64,000 bases of DNA, from positions 2,480,001 through 2,544,000 of the forward strand of contig CAVNZM010000014.1 in NCBI GenBank assembly GCA_963693365.1, read 5' to 3'. Both the position numbers and the translations under genes were made by a program. This DNA is from Amoebidium appalachense. Its lineage: Eukaryota; Protista; Ichthyosporea. Under the pieces are notes generated by a model. That model was not told where the DNA came from. It ran no database searches and saw only the letters and a program-made list of their open reading frames with translations. Position 1 is the first letter of the stretch; each line of letters opens with the position of its first letter. Below, piece after piece: positions 1-21,013 of the stretch.

Positions 1-1052
1 GGGGAGGTAGGGTGGGGGGTGGGGGGAGACGCCATGAAATATATCATGTGTTATGGTAGTAGTGGTCTTCGGTGGGTAGAGAGAAAGGGCGGGGGTGGGT
101 GCAGGAGGGTGGGGGGTGGAGGAGTAAGGCGGGGCGGGGGGGGGGGGGGGGGGGGGGGGAGGGGGTGGTTCGGCGGATGGGCAGGCGGACGGGAGGAAGG
201 ATGGAGGTGACCGGTGGCCAGGCAGGCGGGCGGGAGCACGGAGGGGGGGGGAGGGAGGAGGAGGGGGGGGGGGGGGGGGGGGGGGGAGGACCCAATGAAT
301 ATATCATGTGTTTTTTGGTGGTGGTGGTGTTCGGGGGGGAGCAAGAAGGGACGGGTGGGCAAGGGGGGGGGGGCGGGGAGCGGGGGGGAGGGGAAAGGGA
401 GAGGGGGGGGAGGGGGGACAAACCCAATAATAATCATATTGAGAGCTTATTGTTTGCCTCGCTGACAGCGCCACTGTAACCCGTCCCTGCTTTCCCCCTC
501 CCTCTTGTTACTGCCACAAATCCCCCCCCCCCCCCCCCCTCCCCCCTGGGGGATGAGGAGGTTTCGCCAGCTGTGGCTTCACACTGTTTGTCCCCTCCCC
601 CTCCCCCGCTTCCCCCCTCCCCCCCCCTGCCTCCATCCCTGCGCCTTGGCCTCCGATGGGGCACAAAATCTATTTTTACCTGAAAAAGAAACTTTTGAAA
701 GCAATCGTACTTTGCTGCATACACCTCACCCGCGCCTCAATATCCTAACATCTCACGGAATGCTTCCTTATACTGGCGTCTTTGTTCTTCCATCTATCTA
801 AGCGTCATCCACATGCTGCTGCACAAATATCTTCCATTCACCGTATTTTTGATGTTTTTCCTCCCACGAAATTAGTATTTGTCTTGTTTGTGTTTCCCCC
901 GTATTTTTGTCGATAAGGTACCCTCGCATAAGTCTTCTGCCTTTTTTTTTTTTTTTCTTTTTTTTTTGCATTTTGCATTTTGCATTTTGCATTTTTTTTT
1001 TGCATTTTGCACAGTTACATATAAGGTATTCTCACCTTCCATATTTGTGCAG

Positions 1053-7306
<6,254 letters not shown>

Positions 7307-7766
7307 GTTAACACACCTTGCTGCAAGCACACCAGGGGCGAATACCGACTTACAGATGTATGGGTGCGCTTGATTGATGGAGAGTCACTGTTTGAGATTT
7401 TGTTCTTCCACTTGTTCCCCTTCTCCTCTTCCTCACTCTGTTCTCTGAACCCCCCCCCCCCCCCCCCCCCCCCCCTTCTCTCAACACACATGCACCACAC
7501 AAACACTGACACGCACGGAACACACACACACACACACACAACGTCTCTGATATCGATATATCTTTTGTCGTTTTCGTTCTTGTTCTGCTTACGGTAGTAG
7601 AACCTGGGCTGTGTGTTCCCGCTTTCGATAGACACTGGATGAACTTGTCATTCCCTTCTCTCAAAGGAGGCCTATGGGATTAGGTGTGTTTGTGCGAGTG
7701 TTTGATATGGGTGGGTGGGTGGGGTGGTAGGGGTTGTAGGAGGGAAGGGGAGGGGATCCGGAAGAG

Positions 7767-7817
<51 letters not shown>

Positions 7818-8093
7818 AGATTTGCATGCCACAGTTTGTTTAGATACAACCACCAAGCTCCAACATACCGTATGTGTTTCGAAAAGAAGGTGAAGAATTT
7901 GTTAAAAGATAAATGCATTTTGATGACGAACTTTTTAATGTTTTATGTATCGAAATGTTCGGCTTGGTGTATGTATCTTGTGTTTTTACATTGTGCGAAC
8001 CTGGACGTATATGCTCGGAGGGTTCGCTTTCACTAGAGGTGTGTATGTTGGTGGGTGATTTGGCGGGTTGGGTTTTGGAGGGGAGGGGGGAAT

Positions 8094-8126
<33 letters not shown>

Positions 8127-8338
8127 TCGGCCAAATTTTGCAATTGGCGACATGTTTGAGTTTCTTGCATAGATTGTATGTGTGTCTGTGCTACGGTACT
8201 AGATTTTTGGCTGCAGGTTCAGCCATCACCGTACTGAACATTCGTTGGTAGTGTTGGGGTCTGAACAATCGAAAATATTGGAATGAAAGAATTCGAATCT
8301 ACAGTAAACTGAGAATATTGCTGCTACAAACATCCCCC

Positions 8339-8582
8339 ACGGGTTGACCCACCCAAGTTCAGTTGATGCTGCTGTCTGAGTTGGAGCGTCGTATATACGC
8401 GGGCTAAGGGGTCGAAACTCAGACGCAATTGATGACTTGGGCCCTCCCTGAGGATGGGCTCTGCTTATGACGCATACTGTGCGCATGGCTGATGCTGCAT
8501 ACTTGAATGTTTGCCTTTGCATGTGTCCTGCACCATGCTTCTCATCGTGTATGCGTACTTCGTACTGTGTTCCGCATTCAAA
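8339..8582 (+). mobile_element. Poly-C-inserted retroposon family, 244-bp 5'-truncated copy
   Basis: Near-identical to 4150-4394; preceded by C5 and followed by long poly-C. Confidence 0.8.
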
Positions 8583-8613
<31 letters not shown>

Positions 8614-8644
8614 AAAAAAAAAAAAAAAAAACGCACAAAGAAAG

Positions 8645-8675
<31 letters not shown>

Positions 8676-8723
8676 CCCCCCCCCCCCCCTCCCCCCTGAG
8701 ACGGCCAGTTAAAGCCGTAAGCC

Positions 8724-8754
<31 letters not shown>

Positions 8755-9190
8755 ACACACACAGACACACATACATACGCACGTATATACATTTACTGTA
8801 AATGTGCACACACATGTACCTCTCCTTCAGCTGTCTATGATCCAGTTTCTTTTTCTCCTATATAGTGAGTAGGAATAATGTTAACTTCTGGTTAGAGCTC
8901 AAGACGAGCCAACCCTTCGTTCGTGATTATTTCGTGCGCCCGTCACAGCTGTCGAATGCACACACACATTTGCCAACGACGAAGTTTAGCAGCGGGCGCC
9001 GGGTTCTGTAACGTAACATATCGATCACACAGGTGCGCGCGCACACACACACACACAGTACACAAACACAAACTCAAGTGGTACGAGCTCACAAGCCCCT
9101 GGGTGTGTTATAACATGCAAATATCACCAAGAAATTGAGAGTGGCTCCAGCCTCCTGCAAACCGTCACTGTAGCAATGAAACAGGAAGGT

Positions 9191-9435
9191 TCGAACTCAA
9201 AAACAGTTTGGTGTCTACAGCTACATATGCACACCTGGATTTTTGCGGACACGTGAGACTCCGTGATACAAGGGAAATTTGCCATGCGTCACCGACACAC
9301 TTTCTTGTACTTATTCACAAATTTTACTTTCGTAGCTTACATTCATAAATCCCGGCCTTGTTTCCCAGGGCAAAAAATAGGATCCCGATACACGTGCATA
9401 TGTAGCTGTAGACACCAAACTGTTTTTGAGTCCGA
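9191..9435. mobile_element. MITE-like element with ~42-bp terminal inverted repeats
   Basis: TCGAACTCAAAAACAGTTTGGTGTCTACAGCTACATATGCAC (9191-9232) matches its reverse complement at 9394-9435 with one mismatch. No clear TSD. Confidence 0.7.
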
Positions 9436-9739
9436 GCTGAGAACTGAGAGTGTTCGAGCCAGCGCAAGAAGAAACAAGAATAATCAAACATTCAAAAGCA
9501 TTCAGACATACAAATAAATACATTTTATCCTGCTAAACTATAGTTTCCATGCAGAAGTGACCTACACACCGTGAAAAAGGAAGGAAACTAGCTCAATATT
9601 TCCGACTGTCACCAGACAGACTCACTACCACCTTTACCAAGAGGTAGCGTGCCTTATGTCCAAAATGCTCATATATACGTGAACAGAGAAAGAAGAGGGA
9701 GCCGACGGGGTCTCTAGCATAGCAACATTAGGGCCTTGA

Positions 9740-10792
9740 TCATCTTAAATGACTTTTAAGGTCAGCCGCCCCAGCAGCAACCAACTGCTCGTTGTTATGA
9801 AGAGGCTCTCGGGGATGCGATTGCTGGAGATGGCCCTTCAGCCCACTCGAGTTCTTGTACCTCTTCCCGCACCCAAACATGTGACAGCGGAAAGGTTTCT
9901 TGGCTTCGACATCACCGGTGTGGCCGTGCAGGGAGTGATACTTGATACCGTTGGGATTTTTGTACCGTTTTCCACATCCGGGCACAGGGCACACGTAGGG
10001 GCGATCCTGCCATCGGTCACCGCAGCTGCTGGAGAGGGAAGCAGGTGACGGCAAGCCACTATCGGCATCAACAGGGAACCCCTCTGTGTCCTCTGACGTG
10101 TCCATGATCTGAGGATCAGGCAGACAGTCAGATCAAAAGTGGTACAAAATAAAAAGCGCACAAACCTAGGTGCTCTGTTTCGTGTTACATATATTTTGTC
10201 GGTGCTCTGTTTCGTGTAACAAAAATAACTACCAGCAGGGCAAATATGGCTAAAAACCCGTCCCAAAAGGCAAAAGAAAGAAAAGGCGAGGCACACCACA
10301 AATGCTACTCTGTAGGTTGTGCATGCCTTGACAGCAGTGCTATGATCTGCCATCCAAGCCCAAGAATCCACGCTTGGCAGGGGAGAGCCCGCAAAGCATG
10401 GTCAGGCAAACAATCTACAGATCTAGAAGTTATACCTCGTCAAAGAAAGCTGCCACCGAAGCCATTTGGCGCACCATGCTCTCAGACTTTGACCTCTTTC
10501 GCTCGGGCACACCTGGCCCCGAGTAGTCCCAATCCATCACAAAGGCGCCTTGATCGTGCAGAAGATGTGTTTGGTCGAATTGCTGCTGCCGCCTTTCAGC
10601 AAGCTGCTCGTCGGTAAAGAACCGGTGCACGAGCGACAGATGCACCGTTTCAGGTCTATCATCCTCGGATCTTGGAGGGGGGATGGATTCGTGGTGAACG
10701 TGGTCTTCTTCGATGTGCTGGATAAGATCTTCCGTTGTTGCAAACTGCTGGTTGCAGTGCGGCCAAAGGCATGCGTTGTCGATAAACACCAT
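9740..10792 (-). CDS. JAZF1: JAZF1/Sfp1-like C2H2 zinc-finger protein (241 aa, 2 exons)
   Basis: Exons 10792-10436 and 10108-9740, phase 0, GT-AG. N-terminal finger CLWPHCNQQFATTEDLIQHIEEDH is followed by VHLSLVHRFFTD. C-terminal tandem fingers RPYVCPVPGCGKRYKNPNGIKYHSLHGH and KPFRCHMFGCGKRYKNSSGLKGHLQQSH match the recalled JAZF1 architecture. Confidence 0.88.
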
Positions 10793-12507
10793 GGTGGCAA
10801 TTTTGGGTAAAAGGTAGGATAGGCTATCAAATGATACGAAAAACAGCTCGCCTGTCTATTTCCGTGGTAGATAGATCTTGTGACTATAAACGATATAACC
10901 GCAAAAAGGCGTAAGTGGAGAATTAAAAAAAAAAAAACTCAGTCTACCAGCACGATATGTCGACACCGTGCAAATTCGTAAACCAACGCTTACGTCGTAG
11001 TAATCAAGATCCGGAAGCTGCCAAGCAAGGTTCGAACTTGGAAACAGCGAGCTTTAATAGCTTTCACAACCAAAAACGAAACTCACAAAGAGGTTAAATG
11101 AAGTCGGGTTATATGAGATGACGTGAAGGGGGAAGGGAAGAGAAACTGTGATAGTCGATGGTGAAATGGGAACATGGATGTGGGGTGGGGGGTGGGGGGG
11201 GTGGGGGAGATGGAGGTGGGGGGGTGGGGGGGATGGATGATGGGCGAGGTTTCTGTCTAAAACAGAAAACCTCACTATCATGAACAAGAAGGGGTGGAGT
11301 GACACGGGTACAAGTATAATCCCGATACCAGCGCTATTTATATATGCCAACAGACTAGAGATAAGACCCCCACATGCTGTCGCAGAGTGCGCATAACTGC
11401 GACACGACTGCGACACAAATGAGCCGCGGTTATTGCATATGACGTAGGCAGTCGCCCATTGGGCCGTCTGTGTACGTCAACGTTATGCTCTGATGTTTGA
11501 GTGTTTGGTGTTTGTTATGTAAAGCACCTACCTCAAAACAACTTTGTAACTTATACAAATATTATCAATAAAAAGTTATTTTTTCTGTTTTTAAGGCCAT
11601 TTCACCAGAACATTGCTTGTGATGCCGCAGTATGACCCAACCTTTTTCGTGATCATGCAGCCTCAGATTCCTGACCCCCATTCGCTAATTTGATTGGTTT
11701 ATAATCAGCTATATAGATTGCGCCAGACTTTTCTGACAAAAGCGAACCCTAAAAAGGGAAGTCACTGTTCAACATGAGGCAGGGCAAAATATCCTTTTTA
11801 GGCATGCCACAAGACCTGCATAGTTATCAGAGGGTGGGGTTCCCAAAGACTAAGGTTCAAGACATGACGTTTAATAGGAACAGAGGTTACCAAATATTTA
11901 TTTTTAACTTAAGTTCTCCAACTAATCTTATTTCTATAAATTCTTTGGAATGAAAGAGTCACTAGATCCTGCAGCTGCTTAGATATGATGCCACGGCGAG
12001 TAACGCAACTTCGCCGTATTGAACACCAATGGCTTTTTTGCACTCCTCCCACTGATATTCCAGCACCCGCCACCGTACCGAGTTTTGGGGGAAATCCACG
12101 CAGCCGCAAATTGGGAGCCGCCGTGACACGTTCAAGGTGCCCAAAAGTCCTTTTCTTCCATTATCTCAGAGACTTCTGTGTTTCTTTGTGGTGATTTTCT
12201 ATCCCTGCAAAATTGCCTATAAAGAAGATAAGATATTTTGATAATATGAGTTTCAAAAGGCTCATCAGCAGGAAATCCGGTTATCTAGGGGCCGGGCCCG
12301 TTGGGATTGTTTTTTAGCTCAGATTTGGTCTTTTAGCGGCTGACTTGCTTGCTGTGCCTTGATAGGTTTTGAGGGGGGCCTGTTGGGAAGGAGCAGTAAT
12401 GATTGTCTTCTTGCAGAGTGTGGTCTGGTCAACATCGATGCATATGACTAGTTGGAGCAAACTAGTTTCACGCATACACGTACAATTACGGTTTTGCCCG
12501 CTGGTGT

Positions 12508-12640
12508 CCTTTGTCACTTGTCGCTTTATTTTTATTTCGTAGCTTTGGGCTTTTTCAGTTCTATTGGTGGTTATGTAGCCTGTGGCTGCACGTTGCCTTC
12601 ATCAACCGATCAATAAACCCGAGTCAAAAGAAAAAAAGAA
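12508..12640 (+). repeat. Isolated copy of the left-arm sequence of the 50294-54116 element
   Basis: CCTTTGTCACTTGTCGCTTTATTTTTATTTCGTAGC...GGCTGCACGTTGCCTTCATCAAC...AAACCCGAGTCAAAAGAAAAAAA is nearly identical to 50448-50588. Confidence 0.85.
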
Positions 12641-12710
12641 ATTCGAATATTTGCACGAATAAGAAACCCCTTGGGGGGTTGTAGGAGGTTGGGGTTTGAA
12701 GAGGTAGGAG

Positions 12711-12748
<38 letters not shown>

Positions 12749-13635
12749 AGCCCCCCCCCCACACACACACACACTCTCTGCCCAAATCGAATCCATGCTC
12801 TCCCTCCCTTTCCCAAACAAGGAACGACATTTATATCCAAGAAATCAAAGAGAAAGAATCGTTTGAGGTGTAGTGATGCAGCCCCCCACAATCAAGTACA
12901 CCGACACTGAGTTTTCAAAACTAGTTCATGTTTGGGCCTGTCCATGTTGGTGACCAGCCATTTGGCTTGCACTGACACGTGCATCATTGTGGTCCAGTTT
13001 GCCGACTAGGCAACACCCACTTTGTTGGTCATCCTAAGACTCTTGATCACCCAGACTACTTGCAGAAAGAGTTTGAATTTAATGCAGTACTTAGTACCTC
13101 CTTATCCGCACCTCCACTCCTTTCCCCTCCCCTCCTCCCCCCCCCCCCCCCCCCCCTCCCCCCTCTTCCCCTTCACTCACCCACACCGACCCACCCAAAC
13201 TGTTTCACGCACACTAGTGGAAAAGGAAAAAAATATGACCAAGCTCAAACTTTCACCTATCCACCTGGAACGTTTGTGGGGACCCTCCCCCCACTCCCCC
13301 CTCCCCGTGGGTCCCCATCACAGAAGAAACCAACACATTGAGTTGGCTGTGATTGGTGGATAGGACTGCCCAAGTTGGCGGTCGAAAAAAACTCCAAGGG
13401 GAAAGGGGGGGGGGGGGGGGGGGGAGGGGGGGGATGGGGGGGGGGGGGGTGGCAGGGGGGGCAGGGGGAGGGGGGGAGTGAGGGGGACTACATCTCTACA
13501 TACACGGAGATTATCGCATATTATCTCGTACTGCTAGTGAAGTGGTTATCTAGGCATGTACTTTGTTGGGTAAAGTAGGAAATACTGTTGGCTTTGGTGA
13601 CGGCACCTGAAAACAGTACAACATGGCTTATTACA

Positions 13636-13670
<35 letters not shown>

Positions 13671-14229
13671 CCCACCCCCTCCCCCCGTGCCCCCTCTCAC
13701 CCCCACCCACCCCACTCCTTTTTTTGCTCCATTCGCCCCCGCAAGAAAAAAAAGTATTAAAGCCATTTCAAGAAATCAGACAAGACATGTGATCCGGAAA
13801 GCCGGTGTGCACCCAGTCTGCCTCCCACAATCAGTTTCGTCGACACCCTTTCAAGGCTACATGTGCCCGTTCGCTTTGGTGACCAACCCATGTCAAGTGT
13901 ACTAGCACGTGCAAACACGTTGCTGGACTTAGTCTAGCAGGTCAAAACCCACTTGGCCATCCCTATGATGCACCATAGGCAATCAGTGTCCCAGACTACT
14001 TGCAGAAAGAAGCCTAGATACGGGTCAGAATATTATGCTGTACATTGCACCCCCACCTCCGCACCTCCACTCCCCTGAGGCTCTCCCCCCCCCCCCCCCT
14101 CCCCCCACCCACCCACCCACCCACCCACCCCTCTAACCTCCACCCACCCTTCCTCCCTTCTCCCCTTCCCGCCCTCGTCCCCAAACCCACCCACCCAAAA
14201 ATGTCACCATCCCTCCCTCGCTTTTGCCC

Positions 14230-14262
<33 letters not shown>

Positions 14263-15559
14263 CCCCTCAAACTCATATTGTTTCCAGAATCATCGGATTT
14301 AAAACCATCACTGGACTTCTTCTGCCCTCCGTCTCTCTATCTGGGCATGGTTGTTGTTGTTGGGGGGGGGGGAGGGGGGGGGGGGGGGGTATGTATTTTG
14401 TTGGGTGTTACAGAAAATACTGTTGGCGTTGATGCCGGCAACTGATTACAATCTAACTTGGCCAGACTACATCGGCCCCCTCCCACCTCATCCCCCCTAC
14501 ATCTTTGCTCCCTCCACGTACCCCGTCATCCCTAAAGAGAAAACAGCAATCAAAAGCTATCCCCGAGAAAATAGAGAGGAATGGTGGTCTGGGGGAGCGG
14601 GTGCGCCACCTCCCACAATCAAATGCACCGACACTCCCTCAACACCGATTCATGGTCAGGCCTATTCATGTTGGTGACCAGCCCATTCACATGCACAGAA
14701 CCGTGCAGTCCGTGGTTTAGGTGTCGGTGCTGGCCATCATAAGGCAACTGATTGCCCAGGCTACTTGCAGAAAAAATTGGTACAGGCCAGATTATCATGC
14801 AATACATCGCACCCCGGCCTCCCCTCACCAACATCTGCCCCCCCCCCTCCCCCCCCCCCCCCCCTCCCCCCCCCCCAACACCTACCCACCCACCCAATTT
14901 GCCACTGTCTCACGCACACTTGAAAAAGGAAAGTGAGCGGCCAAGCCCAGATACCACCTACAACGGTTGCGGGGAGTCTTTCTTCCATCCTGTCACCTGC
15001 AGTAACAACCCAACCCCCTCCCCTCCCCCTCCGCCCCGTTCCTTCCTTTCCCCTTGGGTCCTTTGCAAAACCCCCTACCCGATCTCCCCCCCTTTCCCCC
15101 CCTTACCCCCTTTCATGTAGAAGTTTCAAGCGTGCAAACATGTGGAGCATTGTGATCCACGTGAAAGCGTCAAAAAGGTGAATGCAGGTGTGGCGTTAAC
15201 AGGGCACACTCGTATAAATGCAGATCATAAAAAGAAATATCATTTTTGAAATCACACAAATTCCCTGCAATACTGTAAGACATATATTGACAATCATGCG
15301 TACTGACCTTGCAGATGTCCGCAAATGAAACAAAAGATATTGTAGAAGTCTGCCAGCATTCTTGTAGGAAGAGCATATAATTGCTCCAAGTATGTAGACA
15401 TATCCATATTATCTTGCAGGTATATTCGTAAATCATGGAGCACGTGCTTGTACACCCCCATGTGTCTGCAGACAGAGCCCAAGAGAGCACCCCCAGATAC
15501 ATCCACGGAATATATCTGTGAAACATATGTATTGAAAGCATCTTCCTGTAGTATAAGAG

Positions 15560-16310
15560 TAGATGCACATGACTGTCCATAGATATATTTGTACAAAGCT
15601 CACATGGCTGTGCATAGATATATTTGTAGAACGAACACACGGATTTGCATAGATATATCCGCAGAGAGACCACACGAATGTGCATAGATATATCCGCAGC
15701 CATAGAGCATATGACTGTACATAGATATATCCGCAGATAGAGCACATGATTGTGCACGGATTTATCTGCACACAGGGTACATGTGTGCTCTCAGATATAT
15801 CTGTGGATAAACTTTAAAGCACACAAGAACACCCTCAGATGTATCCGTAGACAGAGTACAGGAGTGTGCTCGTAGATATACCCGCATATAAAGCACTAGA
15901 TATATCCGTAGACAGAGTACAGAAGTGTGCTCGTAGATATACCCGAATATAAAGCACTAGATATATCCGTAGACAGAGTACAGAAGTGTGCTCGTAGATA
16001 TACCGGCATATAAAGCACTAGATATATCCGTAGACAGAGTACAGAAGTGTGCTCGTAAATATACCCGCATATAAAGCACTAGAGATATCCGTAGACAGAA
16101 CAGAAGTGTGCTCGTAGATGTATCCATATATAAAGCACTAGAGATATCCGTAGACAGCACAGAAGTGTGCTCGTAGATATATCCATATATAAAGCACTAG
16201 ATATATCCGTAGACAGAGCACAGGAGTGTGCTCGTAGATATATTCATATATAAAGCACTAGATATATCTGTAGGTAGAGTACAGAAGTGTGCTCGTAGAT
16301 ATACCCGTGG
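15560..16310. repeat. Minisatellite: degenerate 35-bp units followed by ~8 units of 61 bp
   Basis: Unit ATATATCCGTAGACAGAGTACAGAAGTGTGCTCGTAGATATACCCGCATATAAAGCACTAG recurs at a 61-bp period (ATCCGTAG at 15843, 15904, 15965...). Confidence 0.92.
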
Positions 16311-16830
16311 TTGGTATCCATAGACATAGCACAACAGAGCACCCCTCCCCCCACTCTCCCTTTTTCGCCCCCTGCCCCTCCCCCTCCCCCCCCCCCCCCC
16401 CGCGCCTCCCCCCCCCCTCTCACCCTTCCCCCCCCCCCCCCTCTCCCCCCCTTCCCCCTCCCACACACACACACACACACAACCACTCCTCCACCACCAC
16501 AAACACACCTTCACAAAAAAAAAAGATTAAATTAATGAGCAGAAAGGAGCTTCTCGGTAAATGAAAATGAGTATGAATTTTTTTAAGAAAAAACGAAAAC
16601 AATCGTCCGAAAGACGGAAAAGGGTGTGTGTGTGTGTGCGTGTGTGTGTGTGTGCGTGTGTGTGTGAGTTGTGTGTGTGTGTGTGTGTATGTGTGTGTGT
16701 GCGTGTGCGCGTGTGCGTGTGTGCGTGTGTGTGTGTGAGGGGGGTGGCCGGAGGGGACGTTTGGGGAGCTGGGCGGGGGGGGGGGGGGGGGGGGGGGGGA
16801 GGGGAGGATGGTAGTGGGATGGTAAGGGGG

Positions 16831-16868
<38 letters not shown>

Positions 16869-17875
16869 CAGAGAGCGAGGGAGGGAGGAGAGTGAGAGAG
16901 GGAGAGGGGGAAAACGAGAGTGTGTGTGTGTGGGTGGGGGGGGGGGGGGGGGGGGGGGGGGGGAAGGCGTGGGGGGAAGGTATCTGGGGGGGATGGGGGG
17001 GGGGGGGGGGGGGAGGGGGGAGGGGTTGCAGCTGGGCACGGTTACAAGCTACCTTGCCTCACATCTCGTTCCCCCCTCCCCCCCTCCCCCCCCCCCCCCC
17101 CCCTTCTTTTCCTTTCTCACCCCCCCCCTCTCCCTCCCCCCCCCACACACAATCCCACCCTTTTAGGGGAAAAGGCAAGCAACATTCACGCTCGAGCGAT
17201 TAAGGTGCTTTATGGTCTGGGTGGAGCTGCCTCCCACAATCCGGTGCACTGGCATTCTTAACACTAGTTCATGGTTGGACCTGTTCATGTGACCAGCCCA
17301 TTCATGTGCACTGCCACATGCTAATAAGATGGTGGCACTTTGCCGTCTCGACTCACAGTAAACCACACCCACTTTGTGTGATGCTACTGTGTGAAAATTG
17401 GTCACCTAGACTGCTTGCTGAAGAATTGCCATAGGTCAGAATAGCCAGGCAGTACCGGCACCTTCATACGCACCTCCACTCCCCTCCTCCCCCCCCCCCC
17501 TCCCCCTCCCCCCCGCGCCCCTTTTCAAAAAGAATTGTCACGGGTCAGGATATCATGTAGTTCATAGCAACCGCACCTCCACTCCCCCCCTCCCCTCCTC
17601 CCACCCCCTATCCCATCTTTACCATCCCCTTCCCTCGCTCCCACCCACCCACCCACACCCACCCAAACCACTGATTCACACACACATATGCTTGGACTGA
17701 AAAAATATTACTAATCTCAGACACCATCGTGACCTATTGGGTATTCTTTCCTTCAATCCTCTCACCCGCGATAACAACCCATAAAACTTCACCTCCTCTC
17801 CCCCCTCCGCCTCTTTGGATCCTCTCGCAAACCCCCCTACCCAATCTGCCCCTCCCCGCAAAAAGCCCCCTCCAA

Positions 17876-17911
<36 letters not shown>

Positions 17912-19202
17912 AGAGTCGTCCCCAGCACACAAAAGAAACGATACATGGCGTGGTCCCCCTCTTTGCCTTCTCGTGCCCCCCCCCCCCCCCAAGGTATAAA
18001 TATCGTGCTCAGAGCTGTAAAAAGTTTCATGTGTGCCGCTTGCTCCGTAAATCACACTGTATGGAATATCTGTGATATCCAGAATTTCAAATATTTCAAG
18101 CGACTCAGGCTGTGCATATCACTTTTTACAACAAACCATTCGTACATAGGTATCTCGGAAATCCTCCCAACCCCCCCTCCCCCCCCCCCCCCCCCCCCAC
18201 TCTTTGTAAACTCTTGCCTAGCCCGATCTTTTTTCATTCTAATCCAGATCCCACAATCCATTGCGCAAACACTCTCTCGACATCTATATTTATGATCGGG
18301 GCTCTCCATGATGGCGACCAACCCGCTTCCCTGGCACTGACACGTGCATTGCCAGTTTCGAGTTACATACACAACCCTAAGAGTGTGGGCAATCCTAACA
18401 AACATTGTGTTGGCCACGTTCAGGGCAAATGGTCGCCCCACATAAAGTCTTGCAGAAAGCATGGCACGGATTGATTCTTATCAGAACACTCATGAGTCCA
18501 TAACTCCCTCCCACCCCCACCCCCTCCCCCCAGGATTGCCCATCACATACAAGACAACGACTTTTAACAATGTCTTCCTAAGCCAGTTCCGGACTCCTTT
18601 CGGTGTAAAGGTCTTTCTCGGTACTCTACGGGTGTGATGTGTGTCGCATGCTCCATACTAATCACACCTATCATCACTGACGGAATAAATATTTTTGATA
18701 TCCAGGATTTTCTACCTTTTCAAGTGATCCCCTGTGCATTGCCATTGCACGTCTTTGCAAGGTCCCATAGCAAGCCCTTGGTACATACGGTGCATGTTGT
18801 AATCACCTTTCCCCCCCTCTCCGCCCCTTTCCCCCCCCCCTCCCCCCCCCTCCCCCCCCCCCCCTCCCCCCCCTCCCCCCCCCCCCCCTTCCCCCCCCCC
18901 CCCCAAAAAAAAAACCCCCTCCGCCCCCTCCACCCTCTCCCTCCCCCAGGATAAAAAGCAACCAGTACTGAGCAACAGCCAACAACGTCCCCCCTCCCCC
19001 CCCCCCCTTCCCCCCGGGCCCCCTCCCCCCCCTCCTTCCCCACCATCCCCCTCTTCCCCCCTCCCCTCCTCCCCGGGCCTCTCCCAAAAATATTGCCTGA
19101 GCCACTCACGCGCGCACAAAACCACCGGTACCACCCACCCACGGTGTGACCCACCCATACACCCACCCGCCCCGGGCCACTCATACACGCACATCTTTTA
19201 TA

Positions 19203-19237
<35 letters not shown>

Positions 19238-19480
19238 ACCACCACCACCACCACCACCACCACCGTGGCACCACCACCAAAAAAATAAAAAGTTCCTGAG
19301 AAACTCTCGCATCCCTTTCGCAACAGCCCAAGTTACCCACCCATACACACATTCCTTCCTACTAGTGAGTGCCGCAGCAGTCCTCCCCCCTCATTTCCTC
19401 AGAGTCTCCCAAATTCTGAATCCCGAATCGTAATGTGTACGGAGTCCTCCGTTTGAGAACTTGGGGGAGAAAGGGGGAAA

Positions 19481-19522
<42 letters not shown>

Positions 19523-20981
19523 GGAGTTCGTGCTTATAACTTTGAAAATTTTCAACAGGATTTATGGAGATTGATTCACAACCAGACATGTTTAAGACTT
19601 TGGCCAACAATATATGTTCAAATAATTAGCGGGTCGACTTTGCCCCATTTTATGTCATCCCTCCTTTCCACCTTCCCCACTAACCGACACACCACCCAGG
19701 CCCTCCCCTCCCTCCCCTCCCTCGTCCTCCCCCTTCCCTCCCTCCCTCCCCCCCCCCCCCCCCCCCCGGCTCCCTCTCCCGGAGACTCCCAACACCCTCC
19801 AACCCACATACACGTGCACGCGCGTGGCATGTGGCACACACACAAACCACTGACATTACACAGTATGTTAGTATCTTCTCCCACCCTCCGGCCAGCACCC
19901 TTTATCGTGACCTATGTAAACCCGGGTAAGTTTTCAGTCATTTTAGTGGGAATCAATCTTTCTCTCCTCCTCCCCTCCCCCCCCCTCCCCCCTCCCCCCC
20001 CCCCCTAAAGCACCAGCACTACCAAACACCACTGGGCCGTAACACAACACAAACACACGCGCACCAAGGCGACACACATGTTGAAATCCTGCAAACATGA
20101 ACTATGGCTCCAACTCCTATGACCGGGTTACCTGTGCTGATGCCACGTGCACGGTTCCACGAACAATAATAATATTCGCCCGTCGTTTTGAGTCCTTGAT
20201 TTCACTCCGGATCCGGGTCCCACAATCAAGTGCATGGCAATCTTAGTTTGAGTGCATGGTTGGGGCTTTCTAAGATGGCGACCAGATCTTTGCACTGGCA
20301 GGGACTTCGGTACTGCCAACTGTTGGCTGTTAGGGATTTGCCAAGAATATCCGAGACCAGAGCCTCGGAACGTGGGACAATCAACACACATGTGATGGCC
20401 ACATACAGGCAATTAGTTACAGGCGCCCTGCATAAAGGCTTGCGATATTCATGGTACGGGTTGCCAAATCAGAAGTAAACTTGATTCCACACCTCCACCC
20501 CCCTCCTTTCCCCCCCCCTTCCCCCCCCCCCCCCCCCCCCCCCCCCGACCCTCCACCTCCCCCCCCCCCCACCCCGACGCCCCGCTCCCACCCACTCCCG
20601 AGCGCACATGCAAGCGCACTCATACACACACGAGCACACAAGCCCAAACACACACATATACACGCAGCCTGAGTCGCACACAAACACTGTGTCTCTGTCT
20701 CTGTCTCTTGCTCTCCTCGTTCACATGTAAGCAGATAATGATATTGATATACACATCTTCTTACCCCCTGACCCTTTCTTCTTCCCTCTCCCTCCCCATC
20801 TCTTCGTTCCCCTCTCTTGGTTGCTCCTGGCCCTCCCTTCGAGTCTCTCAATCTCACTTGCCTCGGGATTGCCCTCGGCCCCTCCCCACCTGTTCCTAAC
20901 ACTCTTGCTCCCTCCTCCCCCTATTCTCTGCCAGGCACGACATCTCCGCAGAGACAGCTCATGAGAGCCTCCCCCCCCCCC

Positions 20982-21013
<32 letters not shown>

